This document shows, piece by piece, positions 48,618 to 61,005 of a DNA stretch of 64,000 bases. The notes under the pieces are model-generated. The model saw nothing but the letters and a program-made list of their open reading frames with translations. It did not search any database and was not told the DNA's origin. This DNA is from an uncultured Acidobacteriota bacterium. GTDB lineage: Bacteria; Acidobacteriota; Thermoanaerobaculia; Multivoradales; SZUA-115. The stretch covers positions 758,106-822,105 of the forward strand of contig CAWDVR010000001.1 of the NCBI GenBank assembly GCA_963805975.1, in the 5' to 3' direction. The position numbers were made by a program, and so were the translations under genes. Each line of letters begins with the position of its first letter. Position 1 is the stretch's first letter.

Positions 48618-49184
48618 TTGCCCAACGAGACCATCACGGAGCTACTGGAGCGAAGCGGCGGGAGCGGCCCGGAAGTGGTCAACGAGCTGGTGCCGCTGGT
48701 CTACGAAGAGCTGCGCTCGATCGCCCATCGCTTCCTCGCCGCCGAGCGCCGGCCAAGGCAGACCCTCGACACCACGGCGCTGGTTCACGAGGCCTATCTC
48801 AAGCTGATCGGCAGCCGCGGGCTCGCGGCTCACGGCCGGGCGTACTTCTTCGGCGCCGTGGCCCGGGCCATGCGGCAGGTGCTGGTGGAGGCCGCGCGGC
48901 GCCGCGGGCGGCTGCGGCGCGGCGGTGGCGAGGCGCCCTTGCCGCTCACCGGCATCGAGGCGGTGGCGGACGATCGCGGTGCCGAGGTGCTCGCCATCGA
49001 CGAGGCCCTGACCGAGCTCGCGACGATCTTTCCACGCCAGGCACAGGTGATCGAGTGCCGGTTCTTCGGCGGCCTGTCGGTGGAGGAGACCGCGGAAGCC
49101 CTCGAGATCTCGCCCCGCACGGTCAAGCGCGACGGGTCGCTGGCGCAAGCCTGGCTCTTTCGCGCTCTCCGAGGCGGCGCCTGA
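48618..49184 (+). CDS. ECF sigma factor of the Ser/Thr-kinase-associated (Sigma70_ECF) type
   Basis: ELVPLVYEELRSIAHRFLAAERRPRQTLDTTALVHEAYLKL plus a region-4 HTH; immediately followed by a kinase gene. Confidence 0.8.
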   Translation: MPNETITELLERSGGSGPEVVNELVPLVYEELRSIAHRFLAAERRPRQTLDTTALVHEAYLKLIGSRGLAAHGRAYFFGAVARAMRQVLVEAARRRGRLRRGGGEAPLPLTGIEAVADDRGAEVLAIDEALTELATIFPRQAQVIECRFFGGLSVEETAEALEISPRTVKRDGSLAQAWLFRALRGGA

Positions 49185-49188
49185 CGCG

Positions 49189-51603
<2,415 letters not shown>

Positions 51604-51643
51604 TCGGCGGAGCGCGGCCCACGCCGGAGAGCCCGGTCCCGGC

Positions 51644-52915
51644 TCAAGGGAAAGTCTCGGTCCAGGCCGAGGTGTCGCCGCTCTCGAAGCCGTCGGCGAA
51701 GATCCGGTTGCCGAAGAACAGCACCGCGCCGGGGGTGCCGGGGTGCTCGGTGGTGTAGGGCGCCCCGGCGAGCACGCCGGCGGCTCCGAGAGCGACGGTG
51801 GTGCCCAACTGGTCGTAGTCGAGCGGCTCGCTCCGCTTCAACCTGTGCACCAGATGCCAGCTCGAGGCGTGGGGATTGCCGGTGCGCAGGTAGCGGTACA
51901 CCGCGCCGGCATTGACCCCGCCGTCATCCTCGCCGATCGCACCCGCCACCAGCTCCACGGACCCGGTCGGGCTCGCCGCCAGGTCGACGCTCCAGCCGAA
52001 CCAGTCGTGGTCCGTCGCCTCGGCCGGCCGCAGCAGCGCCTGCAGCTCGAACTCTAGAAACGGGAGGGTCACGACCTCGTAGACGTAGCCGCCGCCCGCA
52101 TCGGTGAGCGCTCCCGGCGCAGTGGTTCGGTCCAGGTACGGCGAACCGACGGCCAGGAGGTCGCCGTCGAGCGCCACCGCCCAGCCGAAGTCGGCGCCGG
52201 TCTGACTGGAGGCCGGAGAGACGATCTCCTGCAGCTCGATCCAGCTCCCCGCCCGGGCATAGACGTGGACGGCACCGTTGTCGCCCCGCCCCGGTGCCCC
52301 GGCGACGATCACCGGGCCGTCGATCGCCAGGCCCCGGCCCAACTGGTCGGCGAAGCCGCCCACGAAGGTCTTTGCCAGCATCCACGAGCCGGGGCTCTGC
52401 TGCTCGTAGATCCGCACCCGGCCGCTGCCGCCGAAGAAGTCCGGCTGCCCGATCGCCAGCGTCGTGCCGTCCATGACCAGCGCCCACACCCAGCCGCCGT
52501 CGATCCCCGATACCTCTACCTGGCCGCTGTCGGCGTGCCGGAGCGAGGTGGTGGCTCCTCCGGAGTCGAGCATCGCGTAGAGGAGATAGAAGCCGGCCGT
52601 CACCGGCAGGTATTGCGGAGCTGTCGGCAGGATGGGTGGATGAGAGACCCAGGAGGTGGCCCCCGGCCCGAGCGAGAAGCGCTGCGCGGCCCCCGCCTGC
52701 GGCGCGCCGACGATGGCGATCGAGCTGGCGTCTGGCGTGTCCGCGAGGGCGAGCGTGGCTCCGAAAGCGGGACCCGGCGGCAGCTCGGTGAGATAGTCCC
52801 AGAGCAGTGTCTGGTCCTCCGTGCGAGTGGGTACGGTGCCGGCGTGAGCCTCCGGCATCGTCGACACGACAAGAGCGAGCGAGAAGGTCAAAGCCTGGAA
52901 GCTAGGGTTGCGCAT
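51644..52915 (-). CDS. secreted FG-GAP/integrin-alpha-like beta-propeller protein with the conserved C-terminal tail
   Basis: Signal peptide; repeated ...VAGAPGRGDNGAVHVY... FG-GAP-like units. Ends RIFADGFESGDTSAWTETFP. Confidence 0.65.
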   Translation of the reverse strand: MRNPSFQALTFSLALVVSTMPEAHAGTVPTRTEDQTLLWDYLTELPPGPAFGATLALADTPDASSIAIVGAPQAGAAQRFSLGPGATSWVSHPPILPTAPQYLPVTAGFYLLYAMLDSGGATTSLRHADSGQVEVSGIDGGWVWALVMDGTTLAIGQPDFFGGSGRVRIYEQQSPGSWMLAKTFVGGFADQLGRGLAIDGPVIVAGAPGRGDNGAVHVYARAGSWIELQEIVSPASSQTGADFGWAVALDGDLLAVGSPYLDRTTAPGALTDAGGGYVYEVVTLPFLEFELQALLRPAEATDHDWFGWSVDLAASPTGSVELVAGAIGEDDGGVNAGAVYRYLRTGNPHASSWHLVHRLKRSEPLDYDQLGTTVALGAAGVLAGAPYTTEHPGTPGAVLFFGNRIFADGFESGDTSAWTETFP

Positions 52916-52993
52916 GGCGTGGGGTTCCTCCTCTCCTCCCTGCGCCGGGAAGAGGTCGAAAGGGCCACGCCTGCTTTCGCCCGCCCTACGCCA

Positions 52994-54259
52994 CTAGGGC
53001 TCGACAGCGCTCCAGGCCGAAGTGTCCCCGCTCTCGAAGCCGTCGGCGAAGATCCGCGAGCCGAAGAACAGCACGACCCCGGAGCTGTTCTCACTGTTGA
53101 CCACGCCATTGGGGGCGCCGGCCAGAACGCCGCGCTCGGTGATCGCGACGGTCGCCCCCAGGCGCTCGAACGGATGGGGATCGCTGCTGATCATCCGGGT
53201 CACCTCCACCCAGCTCGACGATTCACCCTCGCCCGTTCGAGCGTACTGATGGATCGCGCCCGCGTTGGTGGCTCCTTCCCCGTCCTCTCCAGGAGCCCCG
53301 GCCACCAGCCGGGCACTACCGGCCGCGGGCCCAAAGAGATCCACGCTGGTTCCAAAGAAGTCATGATTCGTGGCTCCCGCAGGACGCAGCAGGGCCTGCA
53401 GCTCGAACAGCAGAAACGGGAACGTCACCACCTCGTAGACGTAGACGCCGCCCACGTCGATCAGCGTTCCCGGCGCGGTGGTGCGGTCCAGCCACGGCGA
53501 GCCCACGGCCAGGATGTCGCCGGCGAGCGCCCCGCCGAACTCGGCCTCGACCTGGCTCGCGGCGGGGGAGTCGATCACCTGGAGCTCGATCCAGCTCGTG
53601 GCCCGCGCATAGACATGGACGGCGCCGTTGTCCCCCCGGCCCGGCGCGCCGGCGACCACGGTCTGACCGTCGATTGCGAGCGCCGCGCCGAGCCGATCGC
53701 CGAACCCGCCGCCGAAAGTCTTCGCCAGCACCCAGTTCCCGGTGCCGTGATCTTCGTAGATCCGCACTCGGCCGCTGCCACCGAAGAAGGCCGGCTGACC
53801 GATCGCCAGGATGGTGCCGCGCTTGACCAGGGAGAGCACCGGGCCGCCGTCGATCGTCGGGATCACCACCGAGCCCTCGGTGCGCCGGATGGTCGAGGTC
53901 GTCCCTCCCGGGTCGAGGGCGGCGTAGATCGCGAAGCCCTCGACCGACACCGGCACGAGCTGAGAGGTCGTCGGGTCGATCGAAGTATGTCCGTGCCAGA
54001 AAGTCTCGTCGGGCCTGAGCTCGAACAGCCGCGCCGCGCCGGCCGTCGAGCCGACGATCCCGAAGGTATAGCCCGCCTCAGTCTCGGCCATGTCGAGCGT
54101 GGCGCCGAAACCGGCGTTGGATGGCAGAAGGGGATCGAGGTCCCAGAACAGGGTCTCGTCCTGAGTAAGGGTCCCGGCGGCCCCGGCACCGAAGGCAAGT
54201 GCCCACAGGCTGGTGGTGATCGATGTGAGAGCGAAAATCCGCAGGCGGTGGTTGCGCAT
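52994..54259 (-). CDS. secreted FG-GAP/integrin-alpha-like beta-propeller protein, tandem paralog
   Basis: Collinear with the 51644..52915 protein. Ends RIFADGFESGDTSAWSAVEP. The 5' leader is conserved with that of its paralog. Confidence 0.65.
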   Translation of the reverse strand: MRNHRLRIFALTSITTSLWALAFGAGAAGTLTQDETLFWDLDPLLPSNAGFGATLDMAETEAGYTFGIVGSTAGAARLFELRPDETFWHGHTSIDPTTSQLVPVSVEGFAIYAALDPGGTTSTIRRTEGSVVIPTIDGGPVLSLVKRGTILAIGQPAFFGGSGRVRIYEDHGTGNWVLAKTFGGGFGDRLGAALAIDGQTVVAGAPGRGDNGAVHVYARATSWIELQVIDSPAASQVEAEFGGALAGDILAVGSPWLDRTTAPGTLIDVGGVYVYEVVTFPFLLFELQALLRPAGATNHDFFGTSVDLFGPAAGSARLVAGAPGEDGEGATNAGAIHQYARTGEGESSSWVEVTRMISSDPHPFERLGATVAITERGVLAGAPNGVVNSENSSGVVLFFGSRIFADGFESGDTSAWSAVEP

Positions 54260-54347
54260 GGTGGTTCCTCCTCCCCTCCCTGCGCTCTGGGGAGAGGGGG
54301 CGGGCCATCGTCATGGCAAGTAACTCAGGGATCGGCGGGTGCCGCCC

Positions 54348-54734
54348 TCATCGCGCCGGATCGACCCAGACGAGACCCTCCACCTGCTCGAAATGCCGGT
54401 CGAAGGAGATTAGATCGGCGCCGGTCTCCATCGCCTGGGCGGCGATCCAGATGTCGTTCGAAGGAATGGGGCAGCCCTTGCGGCGGAGCGCGTGGGTGAT
54501 TCGGCTGTAGCGATCAGCAGTGGTGCGCGTCACCGGCAAGAGGCTCACGCGTGGAAGCGCCAGGAAGCGATCGAGCTCGAGCAGGTTCTGTTCCAGCCGA
54601 CTCCCGCCGCGAAATCCAGCCAGTACTTCACCCACCACCACGGTCGAGAAGATCAGCGCCTTGGCGCCCATGACCAGCGCGCTCACTTTGGCATGCCCAT
54701 GGCCCAGAGCCGAGTACGCGTTGGTGTCGAGCAT
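54348..54734 (-). CDS. vapC: PIN-domain toxin VapC
   Basis: 128 aa; MLDTNAYSAL ... acidic PIN residues. ATG lies 5 nt after the antitoxin stop. Confidence 0.75.
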   Translation of the reverse strand: MLDTNAYSALGHGHAKVSALVMGAKALIFSTVVVGEVLAGFRGGSRLEQNLLELDRFLALPRVSLLPVTRTTADRYSRITHALRRKGCPIPSNDIWIAAQAMETGADLISFDRHFEQVEGLVWVDPAR

Positions 54735-54739
54735 GACTC

Positions 54740-55006
54740 TCACTTCCAGAGCTCCTCGTCGATCTCGTCGAAGATCTTGGTGGCCTCCTGGAACTCTTTC
54801 AAGTCCTGGTCGCTCCAGCTCCCGATGAACCAATCGAGCGAGTTGCCGATCACGTCCTCGTCGGGCTTGGGGGCGGCGAGCCCCGCTCCTCGCCGGAGCA
54901 ACTTGAGAACGGCCTGATTCAGCGACAGGCCCTCGTCCTTCGCCAGGCTTCGGACCTTGCGGGCGAGGTCGTCGTCGAGGCCGCGGATCGTGAGCTGGTC
55001 AATCAT
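54740..55006 (-). CDS. vapB: VapB-type antitoxin
   Basis: 88 aa; MIDQLTIRGLDDDLARKVRSLAKDEGLSLNQAVLKLL (DNA-binding N-terminus) and an acidic C-terminus. Confidence 0.6.
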   Translation of the reverse strand: MIDQLTIRGLDDDLARKVRSLAKDEGLSLNQAVLKLLRRGAGLAAPKPDEDVIGNSLDWFIGSWSDQDLKEFQEATKIFDEIDEELWK

Positions 55007-55085
55007 AGGCACCTCCCGCGAGTCAGGTATGACTCGCTCCGAGTCATTATCGTGACTCGGCGGTGCAGGGTCAAGGGTGGCAGCG

Positions 55086-56174
55086 CTACCGCACCCGCTT
55101 GCGCCGGTTCTTGATGTAGTCGGCGAGCAGGAACTCGCCCAGGTTGTAGGGCGAGGCAAAGTAGGCGCGGCCGCGGTTGATGCGGGTCAGCTTGTCCACG
55201 AAGTCGGTCAGCAGCTCGTCCGTCGCCAGCATGAAAGTGGTGATGACCACGTTCTGCCGGCGGCAGAGGTCGGCCTCCTCGAGAGTGAGGTTGACGATCC
55301 TCAGGTCGAGGCCGAAGGGGTTCTTGTACACCTGGCCGTTCTCGGTGATGGCCGAGGGCTTGCCGTCGGTGATCAGGAAGATCTGCTTGTTGGGCTGCTT
55401 CTGGCGGGCGAGCAGGCCGCGGGCGAGCTGCAACGCCTCGCGCGTGTTGGTGTGGTACGGCCCGGCCTGGATGTAGGGCAGGTCCGAGAGGTTCACCCGC
55501 TCGGCCCGGTCGCCGAAGAGGATCACCGACAGGTGGTCCTTGGCGTACTTGGTGGTGATCAGCTCGGTCAGGGCGAGGGCCACCTTCTTGGCCGGCGTGA
55601 TGCGGTCCTCGCCGTAGAGGATCATCGAATGGCTGACGTCGATCGCCACCACCGTGGCGCACGAGGTCAGATGCTCGGTCTCGTGGACCTCCAGGTCCTG
55701 CTCGGCCAGCTCCAGGCCGCCGTGGGTGCGCTTCATCGCGTTCTGGAGCGAGCGTGCGGCGTCCAGGTGGTGGAGGTCGTCGCCGAACTCGAAGGCGCGG
55801 GTCTCCGGCAGCCGTTCGACGCCGTCGCCGGGCGCCTGGATGGCGTGGTAGCCCGGCCCGGCCCGCTCCAGGCTGCCGAACACCTCCTCGAAGGCCGAGC
55901 GCCGCACCCGCCGCTCGCCCGAGGCGGTGAGCTGGGAGCCACCCTGGCCGTCGCGCTGGATGAGCTGCTGCTCCTCGAGGCTGGCAAAGAAGGCCTCGAG
56001 ATCCACCGACTCGTCGATGTAGCCCTCCTTCTGCAGGTAGCGCATCCACTCCATGGCCTCGTCCACATCGCCGCCGGTGGCGAGCAGGAGCTGGTTGAAG
56101 AGGCGCAGCAGATCGAGCCCGGCAAGAAGGGCCTGGAGGAGAGCGGGATCGAGATAGGCGTAACGGTGGCGCAT
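55086..56174 (-). CDS. VWA-domain protein (CoxE/ChlD-C-terminal-like)
   Basis: MIDAS-containing VWA (VVAIDVSHSM ... FLITDGKPS). Operonic with the AAA+ ATPase. Confidence 0.75.
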   Translation of the reverse strand: MRHRYAYLDPALLQALLAGLDLLRLFNQLLLATGGDVDEAMEWMRYLQKEGYIDESVDLEAFFASLEEQQLIQRDGQGGSQLTASGERRVRRSAFEEVFGSLERAGPGYHAIQAPGDGVERLPETRAFEFGDDLHHLDAARSLQNAMKRTHGGLELAEQDLEVHETEHLTSCATVVAIDVSHSMILYGEDRITPAKKVALALTELITTKYAKDHLSVILFGDRAERVNLSDLPYIQAGPYHTNTREALQLARGLLARQKQPNKQIFLITDGKPSAITENGQVYKNPFGLDLRIVNLTLEEADLCRRQNVVITTFMLATDELLTDFVDKLTRINRGRAYFASPYNLGEFLLADYIKNRRKRVR

Positions 56175-56201
56175 GGGATCTACGATCCGGGTCGGGGCAG
56201 G

Positions 56202-57704
56202 CTAGTTCACGTCTCTCTTACCCTTCGACACCGGGCGCTTCAACAACTGAAACTTGACCATCTCCTTGAAGCTGATCCGGCTGTCGAGATCCTGGCGTGC
56301 GAGCTTCAGGTGCTGGTGCAGACCCTCGAGCACCAGCTCGGCGGCGAAGGCGCGCTCCTCGGCGGTGGCGCCGCGGCGCTCGACGAGCGGCATCAGCCCC
56401 GGCACGCGCTCGAGCTCGCCGGCGTGCTCGGCGAAGGTCGACTCGTCGGAGAGCGTGATCGCGTTGCCCTCGGCAAACCAGCGGAGGACGCCGGTGTAGG
56501 GTCCGTGGTCCTCCTCGTTGCCGGTGCCCGCGTCCTTGCCGAGCTCGGGAAAGCGCTCGTCGAAGACCTTGCGGATCGCCGCCCCGATCAGCCGCCGCGC
56601 CACCACCTCGGCGCCCTGCTGCTCGCCTTCGTAGACCACCTCCACTTTGCCGGTGATGGCGGGGAGCAGCATCTGCAGATCGGCGAGCCGCGGGTAGACC
56701 TGCGCCTCGCCGGTCGCCAGTGCGCGCCGCTCGAGGTTCGAGGTCAGCAGCTCGAGCGCCGAGATCGACACCCGCGCCGAGACCCCGGAGCTCTGGTCCA
56801 CGAGGTCGCTGGCTCGCGCCGCGAAGGAGATCTCCTCGACCAGCTCGCGGATCTCGTCCGGGATCACCACCCGGGTCTCGCCGCGCTCGGTCCAGGCCTC
56901 CTGGCGGGTGATCGCCGCCGCCGTGGCCACGTCCGGCGGATAGTGCGTCAAGATCTGCGACGCGATACGGTCCTTGAGCGGCGTGATGATGGTGCCGCGG
57001 TTGGTGTAGTCCTCGGGGTTGGCGGAGAACACCATCTGGATGTCGAGCGGGATGCGCACCGGGAAGCCGCGGATCTGGAGATCGCGCTCCTCGAGGATGT
57101 TGAACAGGCCGACCTGGATGCGGGGTGCCAGGTCCGGCAGCTCGTTGATGGCGAAGATGCCGCGGTTGGTGCGCGGAATGATGCCGAAGTGGATCACTTC
57201 CGGGTCGGCGAAGGTGAGCTTGCGGGTCGCCGCCTTGATCGGGTCGATGTCGCCCAGCAGATCGGCGATCGAGACGTCCGGGGTCGCGAGCTTTTCGTTG
57301 TAGCGCTCCTCACGTCCCATCCAGGCGACCGGCGCGTCGTCGCCGGCGCGCGCGATCAGGCGCTGGCCGGGCACCGAGATCGGTGCCAGCGGGTCCTCGT
57401 TGAGCTCGCTGCCGGCCAGCACCGGCACCCACTCGTCGAGGAAGTCGGTCAGGCCGCGCAGGATGCGGGTCTTGGCCTGGCCGCGCAGGCCGAGCAGGAT
57501 GAAGTCGTGCCCGGCCAGGATGGCGTTCACCACGCCGGGGATCACCGTACGGTCGTAGCCCAGGACGCCGGGAAAGAGGCTCTGGCCCGAGGCCAGGCGG
57601 GCGCGCAGGTTGTCGCGCAGCTCGCGCTTGACGCTCCGCGGCTGGTAACCGCTGGCCTTGAGCTCACCGAGGGTCGAGATCTTGGGGGGAGCGGTAGGGG
57701 CCAT
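56202..57704 (-). CDS. AAA+ ATPase of the Mg-chelatase ChlI/BchI-like clade with a degenerate P-loop
   Basis: 500 aa. P-loop region LLGLRGQAKTRIL, Walker B IFAINELPDL, and a sensor region LFNILEERDLQIRGFPVRIPLDIQMVFSANPEDY. The start shares the A of trxB's stop codon. Confidence 0.7.
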   Translation of the reverse strand: MAPTAPPKISTLGELKASGYQPRSVKRELRDNLRARLASGQSLFPGVLGYDRTVIPGVVNAILAGHDFILLGLRGQAKTRILRGLTDFLDEWVPVLAGSELNEDPLAPISVPGQRLIARAGDDAPVAWMGREERYNEKLATPDVSIADLLGDIDPIKAATRKLTFADPEVIHFGIIPRTNRGIFAINELPDLAPRIQVGLFNILEERDLQIRGFPVRIPLDIQMVFSANPEDYTNRGTIITPLKDRIASQILTHYPPDVATAAAITRQEAWTERGETRVVIPDEIRELVEEISFAARASDLVDQSSGVSARVSISALELLTSNLERRALATGEAQVYPRLADLQMLLPAITGKVEVVYEGEQQGAEVVARRLIGAAIRKVFDERFPELGKDAGTGNEEDHGPYTGVLRWFAEGNAITLSDESTFAEHAGELERVPGLMPLVERRGATAEERAFAAELVLEGLHQHLKLARQDLDSRISFKEMVKFQLLKRPVSKGKRDVN

Positions 57705-58663
57705 CAGTCCAGCGCCTCCAGCCAGCGCTCGGCGTCGATCGCAGCCTTGCAGCCGGTCCCGGCCGCGGTCACCGCCTGGCGGTAGCTCGCGTCCACGGCA
57801 TCGCCGCAGGCGAAGACGCCCGGCACTCGCGTCCTGGTGGTGGGCTCCTCGACCTGGATGTAGCCGACCTCGTCGCGGTCGAGCTTGCCGGCGAAGAGCT
57901 CGGTGTTGGGCGAGTGGCCGATGGCGACGAACACGCCCTGGGTGGGAAAGACGCTCTCCTCGCCGGTGACCACGTTCTGGACCTTGACGCCAGTGACGCT
58001 GGCTTCGCGGGTGCCCAGAACCTCGGCGACCACCGAGTCCCAGAGCCAGGCGATCTTCTCGTTCTTCATCGCCCGCTCCTGCATGATCTTCGAGGCGCGC
58101 AGCTCACGGCGGCGGTGGATCACCGTCACCTTGGAGGCGTAGCGGGTGAGGTAGTTGGCCTCTTCCATGGCGGTGTCGCCGCCGCCCACCACCACGATCT
58201 CCTTGCCCTTGAAGAAGAAGCCGTCGCAGGTGGCGCAGGCCGAGACGCCGTAGCCCATGAGGTGGGACTCGGAAGGGATGCCGAGGAGCTTGGCCTGGGC
58301 ACCGGTGGCGATGATCAGCGTGTCGCCGGTATAGGTGCCCTCGTCGGTCTTGACGGTGAAAGGCCGCTCCCCGAGGTCGACCTCGGTCGCGGCCTCGAAC
58401 TTGACCTGGGCGCCGAAGCGCTTGGCCTGCTCGCGCATCTGGTCCATCAGCTCCGGGCCGAGGATGCCCTGGGGAAAGCCGGGATAGTTCTCGACGTCGG
58501 TGGTGATGGTGAGCTGGCCGCCCGGCTGATGGCCTTCGAGCACCATGGGCTTGAGCTCGGCCCGCGCCGCGTAGAGCGCCGCGGTCAGCCCGGCCGGGCC
58601 GGAGCCCAGGATCAGCACGGGGTGGTGGTTGGGCGTGGAGGGGGTGGCTTCAGCCGTCGACAT
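57704..58663 (-). CDS. trxB: thioredoxin-disulfide reductase
   Basis: 319 aa; FAD site GSGPAG; redox CATC; NADPH site [10 protein letters not shown]; C-terminal GDAVD. Confidence 0.85.
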   Translation of the reverse strand: MSTAEATPSTPNHHPVLILGSGPAGLTAALYAARAELKPMVLEGHQPGGQLTITTDVENYPGFPQGILGPELMDQMREQAKRFGAQVKFEAATEVDLGERPFTVKTDEGTYTGDTLIIATGAQAKLLGIPSESHLMGYGVSACATCDGFFFKGKEIVVVGGGDTAMEEANYLTRYASKVTVIHRRRELRASKIMQERAMKNEKIAWLWDSVVAEVLGTREASVTGVKVQNVVTGEESVFPTQGVFVAIGHSPNTELFAGKLDRDEVGYIQVEEPTTRTRVPGVFACGDAVDASYRQAVTAAGTGCKAAIDAERWLEALD

Positions 58664-58862
58664 TGAGGTGCGGACCTCCCGGAGGTTCGAGCTTAGAGGT
58701 TGGGATCGGCCGCCATCCGGCACGAACGAGGCGACGACCGGCTGGCAGTATAGCTGGAGCGCCAGATCGCTGGAGAGCCAGCAAGAGGGGAGAACCGCCG
58801 CCGGCGCCGGGCGCATTCCAGGCCGGTGCCGGGCTCCTGCTACGCTTGGCGCCGGAGACTCG

Positions 58863-59366
58863 ATGAGCGCCCTATACCAGAGCAGCCTGCCCTGGAACCG
58901 GAAGAGGCCGCGCGTTCTGGTCGTCGCCTGCTCGGACGGCCGACTGCAGCAGAACCTCGACGAGTTCCTCACCCATCACCTCGGGATCCAAGACTACGAC
59001 CGCCTGTACGCGCCGGGAGGGCCGGGTGCCCTCGCCGGCACCGGTCTCGACTACTTGCGCAGCAGCCAGTACCGCGAGGACCTCGAGTTCCTGCTCCAGG
59101 TCCACGGCGTCGAGGAGGTGCTGCTGATCTTCCACGGCCCGGCCCCGGACGGGCCTGCCGAGGCGCTCTGCGCCGGCTACCAGCGCAAGCTGCCCTTCTC
59201 CTCGCCAGAGGAGATCCATCGCCAGCAGGAGCAGGACGCCCGGCGGGTGATCGAGGTCTGCACCGCCTGGGGCCAGCAGGTCCACTGCCGGGTGTTCCGC
59301 TGCGAAGTGGACTCGGCCGACCGTATCCGGTTCAACGAGCTGGAGGTGGCGGTCCGCGGGAAATAG
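58863..59366 (+). CDS. hypothetical protein (167 aa)
   Basis: ATG at [30 protein letters not shown]...; between trxB and sdaA; no confident domain call. Confidence 0.45.
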   Translation: MSALYQSSLPWNRKRPRVLVVACSDGRLQQNLDEFLTHHLGIQDYDRLYAPGGPGALAGTGLDYLRSSQYREDLEFLLQVHGVEEVLLIFHGPAPDGPAEALCAGYQRKLPFSSPEEIHRQQEQDARRVIEVCTAWGQQVHCRVFRCEVDSADRIRFNELEVAVRGK

Positions 59367-59423
59367 CCCGCGCGGGGTAGGGCGCTGGGCCCAGCAGATA
59401 CAATCCCCCCTTCGGCACCCGGC

Positions 59424-60803
<1,380 letters not shown>

Positions 60804-61005
60804 GGGCGGGTCCGGGGCGTCGCCGTGCCTGACGGCTCTGGCTCTGGAGGTGAGGGCCCGGCCGCAAACGAGCCTGGCCCGATCCCGCAAATCCGGAGAA
60901 GACTCCACTTCGGCCCGCCTCGATAATCCCAACAAGCAAAGCGTCGGCAGGCCCTCCTCCGGAACAAGAGGGCCGAAAAATTATTCTGGACCAAGGAGGT
61001 CCCAT

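Noticed and set aside
58863-59366. CSDGR motif in the 167-aa hypothetical protein, reminiscent of the beta-carbonic anhydrase CxDSR zinc site
   Set aside because: The second zinc-ligand motif (HxxCG) is absent and the length is too short; I did not call it a carbonic anhydrase.
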